NCBI RefSeq assembly: GCF_963921235.1
Contig: NC_086097.1
Span: forward strand, 201,936,001-202,000,000
DNA: 64,000 nt
DNA from: Mobula hypostoma
Lineage: Eukaryota
Direction of reading: 5' to 3'
In this document: one piece after another, positions 39,480 through 51,558 of the stretch
How positions within the stretch are numbered: position 1 is the stretch's first letter
How the letters are laid out: every line of letters starts with the position of its first letter
Notes under the pieces: model-generated
Databases searched by the model: none
What the model was told of the DNA's origin: nothing
What the model saw: only the letters and a program-made list of their open reading frames with translations
Position numbers and translations under genes: made by a program

Positions 39480-41110
39480 GAGAATACATATGGAATAAGC
39501 CAGAACATGATTATAGACCGTTTAAGAAAATCACTAAACTCGGAAATAATCATTGGGAGGGAAAACAATTCCACGCATAAAGTTAGTTCTTTATGCACAG
39601 AGAATCTGTTTAGTAGTAACAACGATGCAAATAGCCGTTAGAAAATTCAGTTGCACCTTATTCACTTCATTTGGGGTTTAATTTACAACGGGAACATTGC
39701 ATACCAAGTTGAATTTCACTGCTCATCTCTGAATCCCCGTGTTAAGATCGCAACAGCGCACCCGATGGAAGAATTAGGCTTTATCAACTTCTTCAGACGA
39801 GTGTAAATGCACGAAACCACCGTCGTTCTCACAGTGTGACAAAATGTGTTATTACAATTGGTAATTTAATATTTCCCGTAACATTACTCAACGATGGCCA
39901 GATTTCGGGTTTGGAATTTTAATTATTATTTTTATGCGGCATTATTCAGAGTTCTGGTATCTTTCTATTAGTTTCAATCAGGCACTGACAACTGAGTCGT
40001 TCCTGAAATTACAGCCAAAAGGGTAGTGAATAGAAATTTCCTTAACTATTCATGATGAAAACTTTTTTTATGTCTGCAGGATCCTTCCAGTTACTGATTA
40101 CTTACAGTTTTCGATGTTATCACCATAATACAAGTAAGAAGATTTATGGCTCACACAATAAGAAAGACTCGTAGTTTAATTTCGCTTTCCTTTGCAAAGC
40201 ACCTTACGATATTATATTACAATTCTAGTTTGGAAGTACATTTTAATTGTTTATTCATGATTTTAAAAACTTATAAAAGAATTCGCATTTTAAAATCACA
40301 AATCCACTGCCTCCTATTGCAATACTATTGTATCTAAACATATAAACGGAATTTAAGTTTCCTAGTACAAATACAGCTCTTCTTAACATTGTTTCAAATT
40401 ACCGAATATTTAGTTTTTAAATAATGAAACTGAGGTCGAGAAATAACCGAATCGATCAGCTCTGCGGTATCGCTGATTACTTGACACCGTTTAATTATTA
40501 TTACTCCAATTTCATTATCAACATTCAAACACCAGATCCACCTTTAACTGTCCTCGATCGAAAGCAACAACCCTCCTTCACGCCTTACACAAAAACATAT
40601 CGTCAAAATACAAAGAAAGCAAAAGCAGCGACAGACTCAAAACGTACATCTTACTTCTTGCAGAAGGACGTCGTTCCCAAATAATGCATTGTATCAATCC
40701 TGAAAGAGTAAAGGCTGGTTTCTGATAGAGATAAAAGATACAGTGTGTTCACTTTCACTGCATCAGTGTGCGTGACAGGCACGGGGGAGGGGAGAGCTGG
40801 TGACATCAGTGCTCGGTGACGCTAACCTTCTCCTTCAAAGTGAAAGAGTAAGACACTGAAGCAACCATCAGTAAAGGCGTTCCTGAATCTGCTTACAATA
40901 ACAGCTACCGCCACCGCCGCAGCGGACCCAATTATAAGCCGAAAAGAGTTAATAATTTCCCAGATCAACGTATTAGCACCACAATACCGCTATGCAACGT
41001 AAGTGCACATATTTATGTAACAAGAACATTTCCAACAATTTCAGTAATTCTACAGTCAAATCGTCCGCATTGTAAATACTACAGTACGAAATCGATTAAA
41101 ATGGTTCGCA
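39480..41110. promoter_or_regulatory. CpG-retaining unique region; candidate internal promoter or enhancer
   Basis: About 35 CpGs by eye in 40400-41110, against CpG-poor flanks. GGGGGAGGGG at 40783-40792, TGACATCA at 40801-40808, TGACGC at 40817-40822, CCAAT at 40928-40932. No repeat similarity recognised. Confidence 0.5.
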
Positions 41111-41699
41111 AGAATATAAAGCAGAAATTGATGTGTATAATTAGTGCCATTAATCATTCATCCTCATTTACATTTCTCAGTGTCAAAAATTGTGATTTAG
41201 AGAGCTATATTATCTGAACCTCTTTTTGAAAACAGGAAAATACTTAAAAATATGCAGTTGAAAACAACCTAGTTCAAGAATGTAACTGGTTAAAGTTTCT
41301 TTTAAAAATTCTAAAGAACTACACAAGAGTTAATCTGTCTGATATGGTTATAATTTCCACTACATTGGTAATGTTATAAGTTACACCTGCATTGGTCTGT
41401 TCTTGGCACTGATGACAACATGATTGAACCTGTTTATCAATGAACAGCAAAGAATGCTGGGAGTTAAGGTTAAGCAGCAACACCTATGTTGCCGATTTCC
41501 TTTCAGAAGGGAGGTAAACGGTAGGATTTTCAATATAAACACCCAGCTTCACTTGTATTGAAAACACAGAAAGGTTAATTTCCACATTTGTTTCTATTGT
41601 ACTAAATCAGCCACCTGATTAGCATCAAGCTTTGACTATTCTAATGTCAATAACTTTATAAGGGCAAAAGAGTGCATAAGGGAGGTTGCTTTTTTGGTA

Positions 41700-42000
41700 C
41701 AGAGGAGACTGAGTGAGGACTTAATCAAGGTGAATAAAATTATTGTGTCCAGATAAAAAAAAATGTAGGAAGGGCCTATTTCCCTTAGCAGAAGAATGAA
41801 AACAAAACAGTGGGTCTAGATTTAAAACAAGTAGTAAAGAGGTAATGAAGATTCTTTTACTGGGTACATAGAATATGCAAGGGATTTGGAAACATTGCTG
41901 CCTGATGGAATAATAGAAGCAAAAATCCTCTTGGCATTTAAAAAGCACTTGTATGTGTACTTGAAGAGTGGTAACCTGTAGTGTTAGGGACCTAGTACTC
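41700..42000 (+). mobile_element. Old CR1 3' remnant
   Basis: QRRLSEDLIKVNKII, tttggaaacattgctgcctga and gcatttaaaaagcacttgtatgtgtacttgaag. Confidence 0.6.
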
Positions 42001-44036
42001 TACTTTGGGTGCAGTAAAATTCTTTTAATATGGCATGCTCAAGGCTTTGGTGATAGCAGACTAGCAGCTTTTTCAGACTATTTGATGCTGTTTCATAAAT
42101 ATTTGGACACATTTCAGTTGACTCAGTAACATTACCTAGTAAGTGTAAAGGGAGGAAGAGAAACACAACCAGGTAAATTTGGTAAGCTTTTATTGCAGTT
42201 TGAAACTCAAATCATGCAATTTTCTAAAACCAAGAGTGGTTTTACTAATATAAAAAAAAGGACCAAGAGATTAAAACATGCTGGCTGTGAAGATTACACA
42301 AAAGATTTGTAACTTTTTAGTAATAGGAAGGGAAGGGATCTTTTGGTTAGTTGGTATATAGACATTTGAAGGAAGTAGAAGAATGTAGCACACTATGGGA
42401 AAGCAAACGAAAGGTGGTCTCTGTACATACGGAGCATTGGTGTGAGAAAATTATTTTAATTGGTTTTAGGCATATTCAGTTTATTTAATTAAGTTAATAG
42501 TCAATAAATCAGTTAAAATTTAAATTATATTTCAAAATGATAACCTAAACAAAATTCCAATGCCTGTGTTTTAATTGCTATTAGTTTGGTTAATGGTAGG
42601 CAAGGAAACAAGCCAGTTTCAAACAGAACAAATGTAGTGATTTATTAGTTATATGCATGAGGGACAATATTGTCAAAACTGCTTCAGTTATTTAAATCTA
42701 ATAAGATCCATTATGTTTGAGTTGAAGCTTAATTTAATGTAACATGCTTGATGAAATATGAACATAATTTTCCCTTTACCCCCATAGCTATGATACATCA
42801 CCAAAAGTGCACAGCACCTGGAAGAACTTCAGCTTAATCAAATACACTTACAGATTAGCTATGAGGAAATTAGTGCAGCATTTAAAGGAATTTTTTTGAC
42901 CCAAGACTGAAACAGTAAGATCCTTGACTTCTCCATCTTTTAAAGATTCTTCAATTTTGTAGTTTGATAGACTTTACATCTTTTGTAATATTTTAGGTTG
43001 ATTTGCTCTATTAATTTTGTGCTGACAGCTAAACAAGTATTCTCTTCCATACAGCAGTAAGTCTGGAAGAAGTCGTGCTGCTTCAGTAGACAGCACATTT
43101 GAGGTTGCAGTTGGAGAAAGGGGTGACTAATAAACATCCCTGCTTCACCTGGAGGGTCACGATGATGGCTTGGTCTTAATTGCAAATGATAATAATTTCC
43201 TAAACAGAGGTATTAAGGCAAAATGATCTACAATTCATTGGTTTCATTCTTGAATCTCTCAAACAATGGGATTATATACCAATTACCAATCAAAAGGCAT
43301 AACTACCAATTACCAGAACTTAATCACATTGTTCTGCAATGTTCTGTTTTACACCTTACAAAGCCCAAACCATCTAGTCCTGTAAACTTTTGTGGCATTT
43401 TATTCTTTATTGCTGTTATTATACTATCATTAATTTTAGCAAGTCACTATCCCCAATTTAAATAGTTTCTTGGATACCATCATATGTTATAATTCCTGAT
43501 GTCCATACTTTGCTACTTTCAATTATCTACCCCCATTATCTGTTTTGAAGAGACCTGCTTTGTTGCTGACAACCTTCTTTTCCCAAATATTATAAAAAAT
43601 TGTGTTGTTTTTGAAATTCTATGGAAGGTTATTTTCATACTCTCTTTTAATTTTTGACTGTTTCCTTTAACTCTGCTTTTCACCTCTTTCAGTTACTGGT
43701 ATCTGCACTTGCCTTTTTATATGACTTCACTTTTATGTTACTCCTTACCTGAAGAAAATAAGACCATAAGACTTAGGAGCAGAATTAGGCCATTCCATCG
43801 TGGCAGATTTATTATCCCTCTCAACTCCATTCTCCGTAACCTTCCCCATAACCTTTGACATCCTGGCTAACCAAGAACCTATCAACCTCCACTTCAAATA
43901 TACCCAATGACCTCGCCTCTACAGCCATTTATGGCAATGAATTCCACAGATTCACTACCCTCTAACTAAAAAAATCCCCCCTCATCTCTTTCCTAAATGA
44001 GCATTCCTCTATTCTAAGGCTGTGTTCTCTGGTCCA

Positions 44037-44236
44037 AGCACAAGCAAAAGAAAATCTGCAGATGTTGGAAATTAAAGCAACACACTCAAAATGCTGGAGG
44101 AACTCAGCAAGCCAGGCAGCATCTATGGAAAAGAGTGCGGTCGACATTTTGGGCCAAAACCCTTCATCAGGACTGGATGAGTAGTCAGGAGTTAGAAGGT
44201 GGGGCAGGGGAAGAAACACAAGGTGATAAGTGAACA
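44037..44236 (-). mobile_element. Penelope terminus fragment with a degenerate hammerhead motif
   Basis: Same family as 58293-58821; the reverse complement of 44139-44174 is AGTC-CTGATGA-agggttttggccc-AAAAT-GTC-GACC. Confidence 0.8.
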
Positions 44237-44251
44237 CACACACAAAATGCT

Positions 44252-44520
44252 TCCTTCCTTCCTAGCGTGTCGCACCAGACAGTCAGCCATTCTTGTCTGG
44301 CGTGTAGTATCAGGATTGGTCTCCTTTTGATTTAACCGGGTCACGATATGAACGTTCCTGACTCGACCCTTGTTTTGTTTTTTTACGAGGCCGAGTGGCT
44401 AGCTCGATGCTCAACCTGGCACGGATATAAAGCGTGCTCGGGGGGTGGCCCGACTTGGATTCGAACTCGGGAGCCTTCGCTCCAAAGTCCGGCACTGATA
44501 CCACTGCATCACCAGCCGGC
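44252..44520 (-). mobile_element. tRNA-derived SINE, apparently full length
   Basis: Head GCCGGCTGGTGATGCAGTGGT (A-box-like) and B box GAGTTCGAATCC (44457-44468); (GGAA)n tail; 15-bp TSD cacacacaaaaKgct at 44237-44251 and 44521-44535 (1 mismatch); CpGs retained. Confidence 0.88.
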
Positions 44521-45314
44521 CACACACAAAAGGCTGGAGGAACTCAACAATGGCAAACTTTGCAACAAAGCCATCAATTCCAATCATCCAAATCATTAAC
44601 ATATAACATAAAAAGAATTGGTCCCATCACAAACCCCAATGGAACACCACTGGTCAGTGGCAGCCAACTAGAGAAGACTCCCTTTATTCCCACTCTTTGC
44701 CGCCTGCCAGTCATCACTGTTTTATCCATGCTAGAATCTTCCCTGTAATACCATGGGCTCATAGCTTGTTAAGCAGCCTCATTCAAAGATTCAAGATTCA
44801 AAGATTCAAAAAACTTTTTTGTCATTCTAACCATACAACAGCTCTGCAGAGCAGAATGAGACAGTGTCTCTCAGGGGCACCTTCATGTCGGGCACCTTGT
44901 CAAAAGTCTTCTGAAAAATCCAAATACACAACATTAAACAATTCTCCTTTGTCTATCCTGCTTGGCATTTCCTCAAAGAATTCCAATAGATTTGTCAGGC
45001 AAGAATTTACCTTGAGGAAACCATGCTGACAACGACCTATTTTATCCTGTAACTCCAAGTACCCTGAAACTACAGCATTAACAATCAATTCCAACATCCT
45101 CCCAACCACTGAGGTCAGACTAACTGGCATATAATTTCCTTTCTTCTGCCCCTCTCCCTTCTTGAAGAGTGGAGTGACATTTGCAATTTTCCAGTCTTCT
45201 AGAACCATTCCAGAATCTAGTGATTCTTGAAAGATCATTACTAATACCTCCATAATCTCTTCGGCCACCACTTTCAGAACCCTGGGGTGTAGACCATTTG
45301 GTCCAGGCGACTTA

Positions 45315-46925
45315 AAGAGCCTATAAAAAGTATTCACCCCCCCCCTTGGAAGTTTTCATTTTATTGTTTTATAACATTGAATCACAGTGGATTTAATTTG
45401 CTTTTTTGACACTGATCAACTCTTTTGTGTCAAAGTGAAAACAGATCTCTACAAAACGATCTAAATTAATTACAAATATATGACACTAAAAATTGATTGC
45501 ATAAGTATTCACCCACCTTTAATATGACACACCAAATCATCACTGGTGCAGCCCATTGGTCCTAGAAGTCACATAATTAGTTAAATGGAGATCTGATTTT
45601 GGAGACCTGTGTGCAGTCAAGGTGTTTCAATTGATAGTAGTAAAAATACAACTGTATCTGAAAGATCCAACTACTGGTGAGTCAGTATCCTGGCAAAAAC
45701 TACACCATGAAGACAACTCTGCAAAAAGGTTATTGAAAAACACAAGCCAGGAGATGGATACAAGAAAATTTCCTAGTCACTAAATATCCCTACCAATACA
45801 ATTAAGTCAATCATCAAGAAATGGAAAGAATATGGCACAGCTGTAAATCTGCCTAGAGTAGGCTGTCCTCAAAAGCCAGCTGACTGTGCAAGAAGTTGGA
45901 CAGTGAGGGCAGCCACCAAGACACCAATGACAACTGTGGAGGAGTTTTGAGCTTCAGTGGCTACGATGGGAGAAACTGCACACACAACGATTTTTGCCTG
46001 GGTGCTTCACCAATCACAGCTTTATAGGAGAATGGCAAAGAGAAAGCCACTCCTGAAAAGAGAAATTCACATGAAATCTCAGCTAGAGATTGCTAAAAGG
46101 CATGTGGGAGACTCTGAAGTCAGCTGGAAGAAGGTTCTATGGTCTGATGAAACCAAAATTGAGCTTTTTGGCCGTCAGACTCAACACTATGTTTGGTGTA
46201 AGCCAAACAGTGCACATCATCAAAAACACACCATCCCTACTGTGAAGCATGGTGGTGGCTGCATCATGCTGTGAAGATCCTTCACTGTAGCAGGCTCTTG
46301 AAGGCTTGTGAAGGTAGTAGGTAGAAGGAATGCAGCAAAATACAGGGAATTCCTGGAGGAAAACCTGATGCAGTCTACAACAGAACTGTGACTTGGGAGA
46401 AGGTTTGTTTTCCAGCAAGACAATGATGCCAAGCATAAAGCTAAAGCTACACAGCAATGGCTTAAAAACAAAGTTAATGTCCTGCAGTGGTCAAGTCAGA
46501 GTCCAGACTTCAATCCAATTGGGGATTTGTGGCTGGACTTGAAAAGGGCTGTTCCCTCATTATCCCCATGCAATCTGACAGAGCTTGAGCAGTTTTGTAA
46601 AGAAGAATGGGGAAAAATTGCAGTGTCCAGATGTGCAAAGCTGATAGAGACCTATCCACATAGACTCAAGGCTGTAGTTGCTGCCAAAGATGCATCTACT
46701 AAACACTGATTTGAAGGGAGTGAATACTTATGCAATCAATTATTTTGTATTTTATGTTTGTAATTAATTTAAATCATTTTGTAGAGCTCGACTTTCACTG
46801 ACACAAAAGTCTTTTTCTGTTGATCATTGTCAAAAAAGCCAAGTTAAATCCACTGTAATTCAATGTTGCAAAACAATAAAACATGAAAACTTCCAAGGGG
46901 GGATGAATATTTTTTATAGGCACTG
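45315..46925 (+). mobile_element. Full-length Tc1 DNA transposon (about 1.6 kb, long IR/DR-type TIRs), transposase pseudogenised
   Basis: TIRs of about 200 bp: (aagag)cctataaaaagtattcacccc... and ...ggatgaatattttttataggcactg. TA at 45313-45314; the right TA reads TT. Transposase 45707-46709 has WSDETKIE, FQQDNDAKH and SPDFNPIGDLW, with stops. Confidence 0.96.
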
Positions 46926-48192
46926 TTTCAACCTTCAGACCTTCCAGTTTCCCAAGAACCTTCTTCCTGGGAATTGTAACTTCACACACTGCATGCCCCC
47001 TGACACTTGGAACTTCCACCATACTGCTAGTGTCTTCCATGGTGAAGACTGATGCAAAATTCTTATTCAGTTCACTCACCATTCCCTTGTCCCCATTATT
47101 ACCTCTCCAGCATCGTTTTCCAGCGGTCTAACATCCACACTTGCCTCTCTTTTACACTTCATATCCAAAGAAACTTTTGGTATCCTCTAATATTATTGGT
47201 TAGCTTGCTTTCAGATTTCATCTTTACCTTAATAACTTCTTTAGTTGTCTTCTGGTGGTATGTGAAAGCTTCCCAATCTTCCCACTAAGCTTTGCTCTAT
47301 TATATGCCCTTTCTTTGGCTTTTATTTTGGCTTTGACTTCTCTTGTTAGTCACGGTTGTGTCATCTTGCCTTTAAAATACTTATTCCTTTTTGGGATATA
47401 CATATCTTGTGCCTTCTGAATTGCTTCCAGAAATTCCAGCTATTGCTACTCTGTTGTCATCCCTGCCAGTGTTCTTTTCCAATCAATTCTGGCCAACTCT
47501 TCACTCTTGCCTCTGTAATTCCCTTTACTCCACTGTAATACTAATAGGTCTGACCTTAGCTTCTCCTTCTCAAATTTCAGGGTGAATTCGATCATATTAT
47601 GATTACTTTCTCCCAAGGTTTCTTTTACCTTAAGCTCTCTAATCAATTTTGGTTCAGAGCACAATATCTAATCCAAAATAACACTAATGGGCTCAACCAT
47701 AAGCTGCTCTTAAAAGCATTCTAGAAATGTCCCCTCTTGGAATCCAGCACCAACCTGATTTTCCCAATGTGCCTGCATATTGAACCCCCCCATGACTACT
47801 GTAACACTGCCCTTTTGGTATGCATTTTCTATCTCCTGTTGTAATTTGTGGACCACATCCTTACTACTCTTTGGGGGTGGGGGTTATATAATTCCCATCA
47901 GTCTCATTTTACCCTTGCAGTTTCTTAACTCTATCCATAATGATTCAACACCTTCTAGCCCAATTCACCACTTTCTAATGATTTGACTTCATTTTTTACT
48001 AACAGAGCAATGCCACCTCCTCTGCCTTCCTGCCTGTCCTTTCGATGCAATGTGTATCCTTGGATGTTAAGCTCCCAGCTACAATCTTCTTTCAGTCATG
48101 ATTCAGTGATGCCCACATCATACATGCCATTCTGAAACTGTGCTGCAAGTTCATCTATTCCATACATTATGCGCATTTAAATATAACACCTT

Positions 48193-49419
48193 CTCAAGGC
48201 CACCCAGTCCTGTGTCATTCTCAACATTATCAGATTTTTCATCAACAACTTGCAGTTTAGTGCTCTTTTTGAAACTACAATTTGATTTTTTTTCTCTACC
48301 CTGTACAGTACAATTATTTTTACCTGCATGACATGCTCTTTGTATGTGTTCTACTTTGTTGCATTTTCTGCAAGCTTCGCCTTTAAATCTGAATTTGTCT
48401 GGTGTACGTGAGCCCCTGCCACAATGGTAACACAATTTGTTCAGCCAGGCAGGCTTCCATCTGGATGTGCCAATTTTGTTCACACTCACTTTCGTCTCCG
48501 ACTGCAACTCAATTGCCTCTCTGTCTGCTGTTTCCATTGATACAGCTATTTCAACTACTTTTTGCAATGTAAGTTGTACTTTAGTTATGAGCCATCTGTG
48601 AATATTTTCTTGGAATATTCCACAAATAAAATGATCTCTTAGTGCATCATTAAGCCCAGTAATGAACTGACAATGCTCAAACAATCTCTTCAATTCAGCC
48701 ATGTAAGCTGAAATGGACCCCTTCCTTTCAATTCTACAGTGTTCTGAATCAATAATGGTTTCAGTTCCAAATGCTCCTGCATTACTTTCATAATATCAGC
48801 AAAATTAATTTAGGCTTTTTTGGTTGAGGCATAAAACTTAGAGGCAAACTGTATACCTTTAAACCCAATGCACTCAGCAAAAATAGCACTCATTCCTCAT
48901 TGGCTGTTCTATTTGCTTTAAAATACTTCTCAATCACTTTAATATACAAAATCCAGTTATCTCTTGTGCATTGGAACAAGAGACCTGTCCAATGTAGCCA
49001 ACCATTTCTGCTTTTTTTTTACTCTTTGATTATCATCCAATCTTCACCGTTTATGAACCCATGAATTCTTCCGTTTTCTCCCTTTTTTAAACTCAATCGT
49101 GCCTTCCCTTCCAGAGAACACATGCTGCGCTGCTTTTTTTTTACTCAAATGTCTTGCTGTCTTCCACAGGTAGGTTCATTTTAAAAACACCTCATTACCT
49201 CAGTTATATTCTGTAACATTAAACTAATTAAAAGGAAAAGACAGGAGTCCGAAAAATGATTCTAACTTTGTATCTACACATCACATAGTAGTGTCATGGT
49301 GTATGGAATTCACTAATTTTTACATATAACCTGTAATGAATTATTTAAACAAAAAATGGTTAATCAACAACATACTTACAAAATTACTCAAGTATTACTG
49401 AAATATTAAATGCACAACA
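48193..49419 (-). mobile_element. Ty3/Gypsy LTR retrotransposon remnant: 5' LTR (about 49203-49419) and decayed gag
   Basis: gag from an ATG at about 49005 (MVGYIG); LNDALRDHFICGI...LTLQKVVEIAVSME; two degenerate zinc knuckles, CYHCGRGS and CRKCNKVEHIQRAC. The putative LTR starts TGTTG, with a PBS-like ggtaatgagg just downstream. Confidence 0.85.
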
Positions 49420-50020
49420 TAGCCCGGTTTTCCATCTGGTCCAGATCCTATTGCAAGCTTTGATAGCCTTCCTCACTGTTCATTACACCCCCAATTGTGG
49501 TGTCACTGCAAATTTGCTGATCCATTTTATCACACTATCATCCAAATTGTTGACATAGATGACAAACAACAACAGAGACAGCACCAATCCCAATGGCACA
49601 CCACTAGCCACAGTCCTCCAATCAAAGAGGCAATCATCTGCTACCACTCTCTGGCTTCTCCCACGAAGTCAATGTCAATCCCAATTTACTCTCTCATTTT
49701 GAATGTCAAGAGACTGAACCTTCTTGACCAACCTCCCATGTGGGACTTACCAAAGGCTTTGCTAAGGTTCATGTAGACAACATTCTTTCATCAACTTTCC
49801 TGGTAACTTCCTTGTAAAATTCTATAAGATTGGTTAAATATGACCTACCTGCAGAAAGCCATGTCCCTTATCAGTCCCTGCCTATCCAAATACTTATACA
49901 TCCAGTCTCTGAGAACACCTTCCATTAATTTACCCACTACTGATGTCAGGTTTACCAAATTATAATTTTCTATCTTATTCTTAGAGCCTTTCTGAAACAA
50001 CGAAACAACAGTAGTTTACC
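49420..50020 (-). mobile_element. CR1 LINE RT fragment
   Basis: Antisense VYMNLSKAFGKSH, VASGVPLGLVL and SKFAVT. Confidence 0.85.
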
Positions 50021-51427
50021 AACTAAACTGTTTAGTTGGTAGCTACTGCTCTTAGCCTTTGCAATTTAAACTGGTTCTATTACATAGTAAATTTATTTCT
50101 GAATATCACCCACTTTTACCTATTAATGGATTTGCCCAGTCCATATTTTTAAAGTCACTTTATAAATAATACAATATAATTTAAAAACACATATTTCTTT
50201 CTTCCGAATAAATCTGTTGTATGGTATATTATCAAACTCAATTTAAAAGTCACGCAAATAACTCTCCACTATTTCACAGAACTTTAGAGTTGCTTTGACA
50301 AGACTTGTTTTTTGCAAATTCACCCTGGGTGTCCCTCATAAATCAAACTGCTCCAAGTGAGTGAGAATCAATTTTATTCTTGACAGCTGTCCCTAGCATT
50401 GTGCCTGGAACTTCTATTAGGCTAATTGCTCCATGGATACTTGATTCGCCTCTCTTCTGCTTTGCAATTAAGTATGTAACTATTGTAATCCATCAGATCG
50501 CTAGCACCATTCCCCATATCCAAAAAGGATCAGGGCATCTGTTTATCACTACTTTATCACAAGATACATCAATCTAGAATTCAATTCATCTGAACCAAGT
50601 GACTTGTTAATTTTAATTAATGCTTATCTATGAAACATCTTCCAATTCAGTCATGAAATGCCATTATGGCCACACCAGAATAATAAACCTCTTAGCCCAA
50701 CCTACAACTCAGTACTCCACAAGTGCAACAAAATCAAATTAAAAACAGTTATTTGTGAACTTATTTTTCACATTCATTCATTTACTTTCATCTTCCTTAA
50801 ACTGGTGACCTCTGTAGAAAACAAAATATCTGGTCCTTCCTGGAGCTTTAAATAGAAAGAGAGAACAGAGGCTAACTTTACAGGTTGCACATTGATAGCA
50901 TGCAACATGCAGCCCGAATAGAATATAATACGAAGGTGGAGACCAGTGTTAGCAACAATAAAGCATCAGACTACACAAATATCCATAACTCCTAATGAAA
51001 ATGGAGAATAAATGGAATAAATGTTCTCTGTGTGATTATTTTTGGCAAATGAAGCACTCAAATAGGGACATTGATTTCGGTCCCATATTTTGCTCCAAAG
51101 ACACGGTTATTTCCAGAGTCTAAGCAGGAAGCCAGTCTAATAAATGTTAGGTGGAGCAAGGAATACCAGCCGAAAGAAAATAATTTATTGGTGTTGATGA
51201 AGGAACTGAAAGAAAGCCTATCTAACTGCAACAGTTATGTTTATCCATAGCATTATGGTTAGTCTGGATTTGTTTATAATAGGTTAGTACTCCATCAGTA
51301 CCTTTAAATCACCAACCACCTCTATTCTCTATTTCTGATCTATTTGCCCCCACCCAATTCACTGCAGAGTCAATTTTACCTTCTTTTGTGGACTTATCAA
51401 AAATACACATTCAGTCTGAATAACATC

Positions 51428-51558
51428 TTAGAAAAATAGAGGACTATGGGTAACCCGAGGTAATTTCTAAAGTAAGTACATGTTGAGCACAGCATTGTGG
51501 GCCAAAAGGCCTGTATTGTGCTGTAGGTTTTCTATGCTTCTATGCTTTTATGTTTCTA
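51428..51558 (+). mobile_element. CR1 3' tail
   Basis: Matches 3700-3818; (ttctatgY)n tail. Confidence 0.85.

Larger units (their letters stand above)
43761..48192 (-). mobile_element. Long decayed CR1 LINE ORF2 hosting several nested insertions
   Basis: APE start KVLYLNAH at 48192; ORFs 47446-47664, 44900-45337 (SPGPNG, GNYMPVSLTS, YLDFSE) and 44574-44762 (SGVPLG); (ataagacc)n tail at 43759-43772. Confidence 0.93.

Noticed and set aside
44445..44520. A genuine tRNA gene
   Set aside because: It continues into a 200-bp body with a simple-repeat tail and TSD, and I see no clean acceptor stem; it is a SINE head.
48151..48702. The 183-aa ORF as a domesticated gag or a gag-endonuclease fusion gene
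   Set aside because: The upstream gag is frameshifted, the zinc knuckles have lost ligands, and the fusion ends in a stop shortly after the junction.
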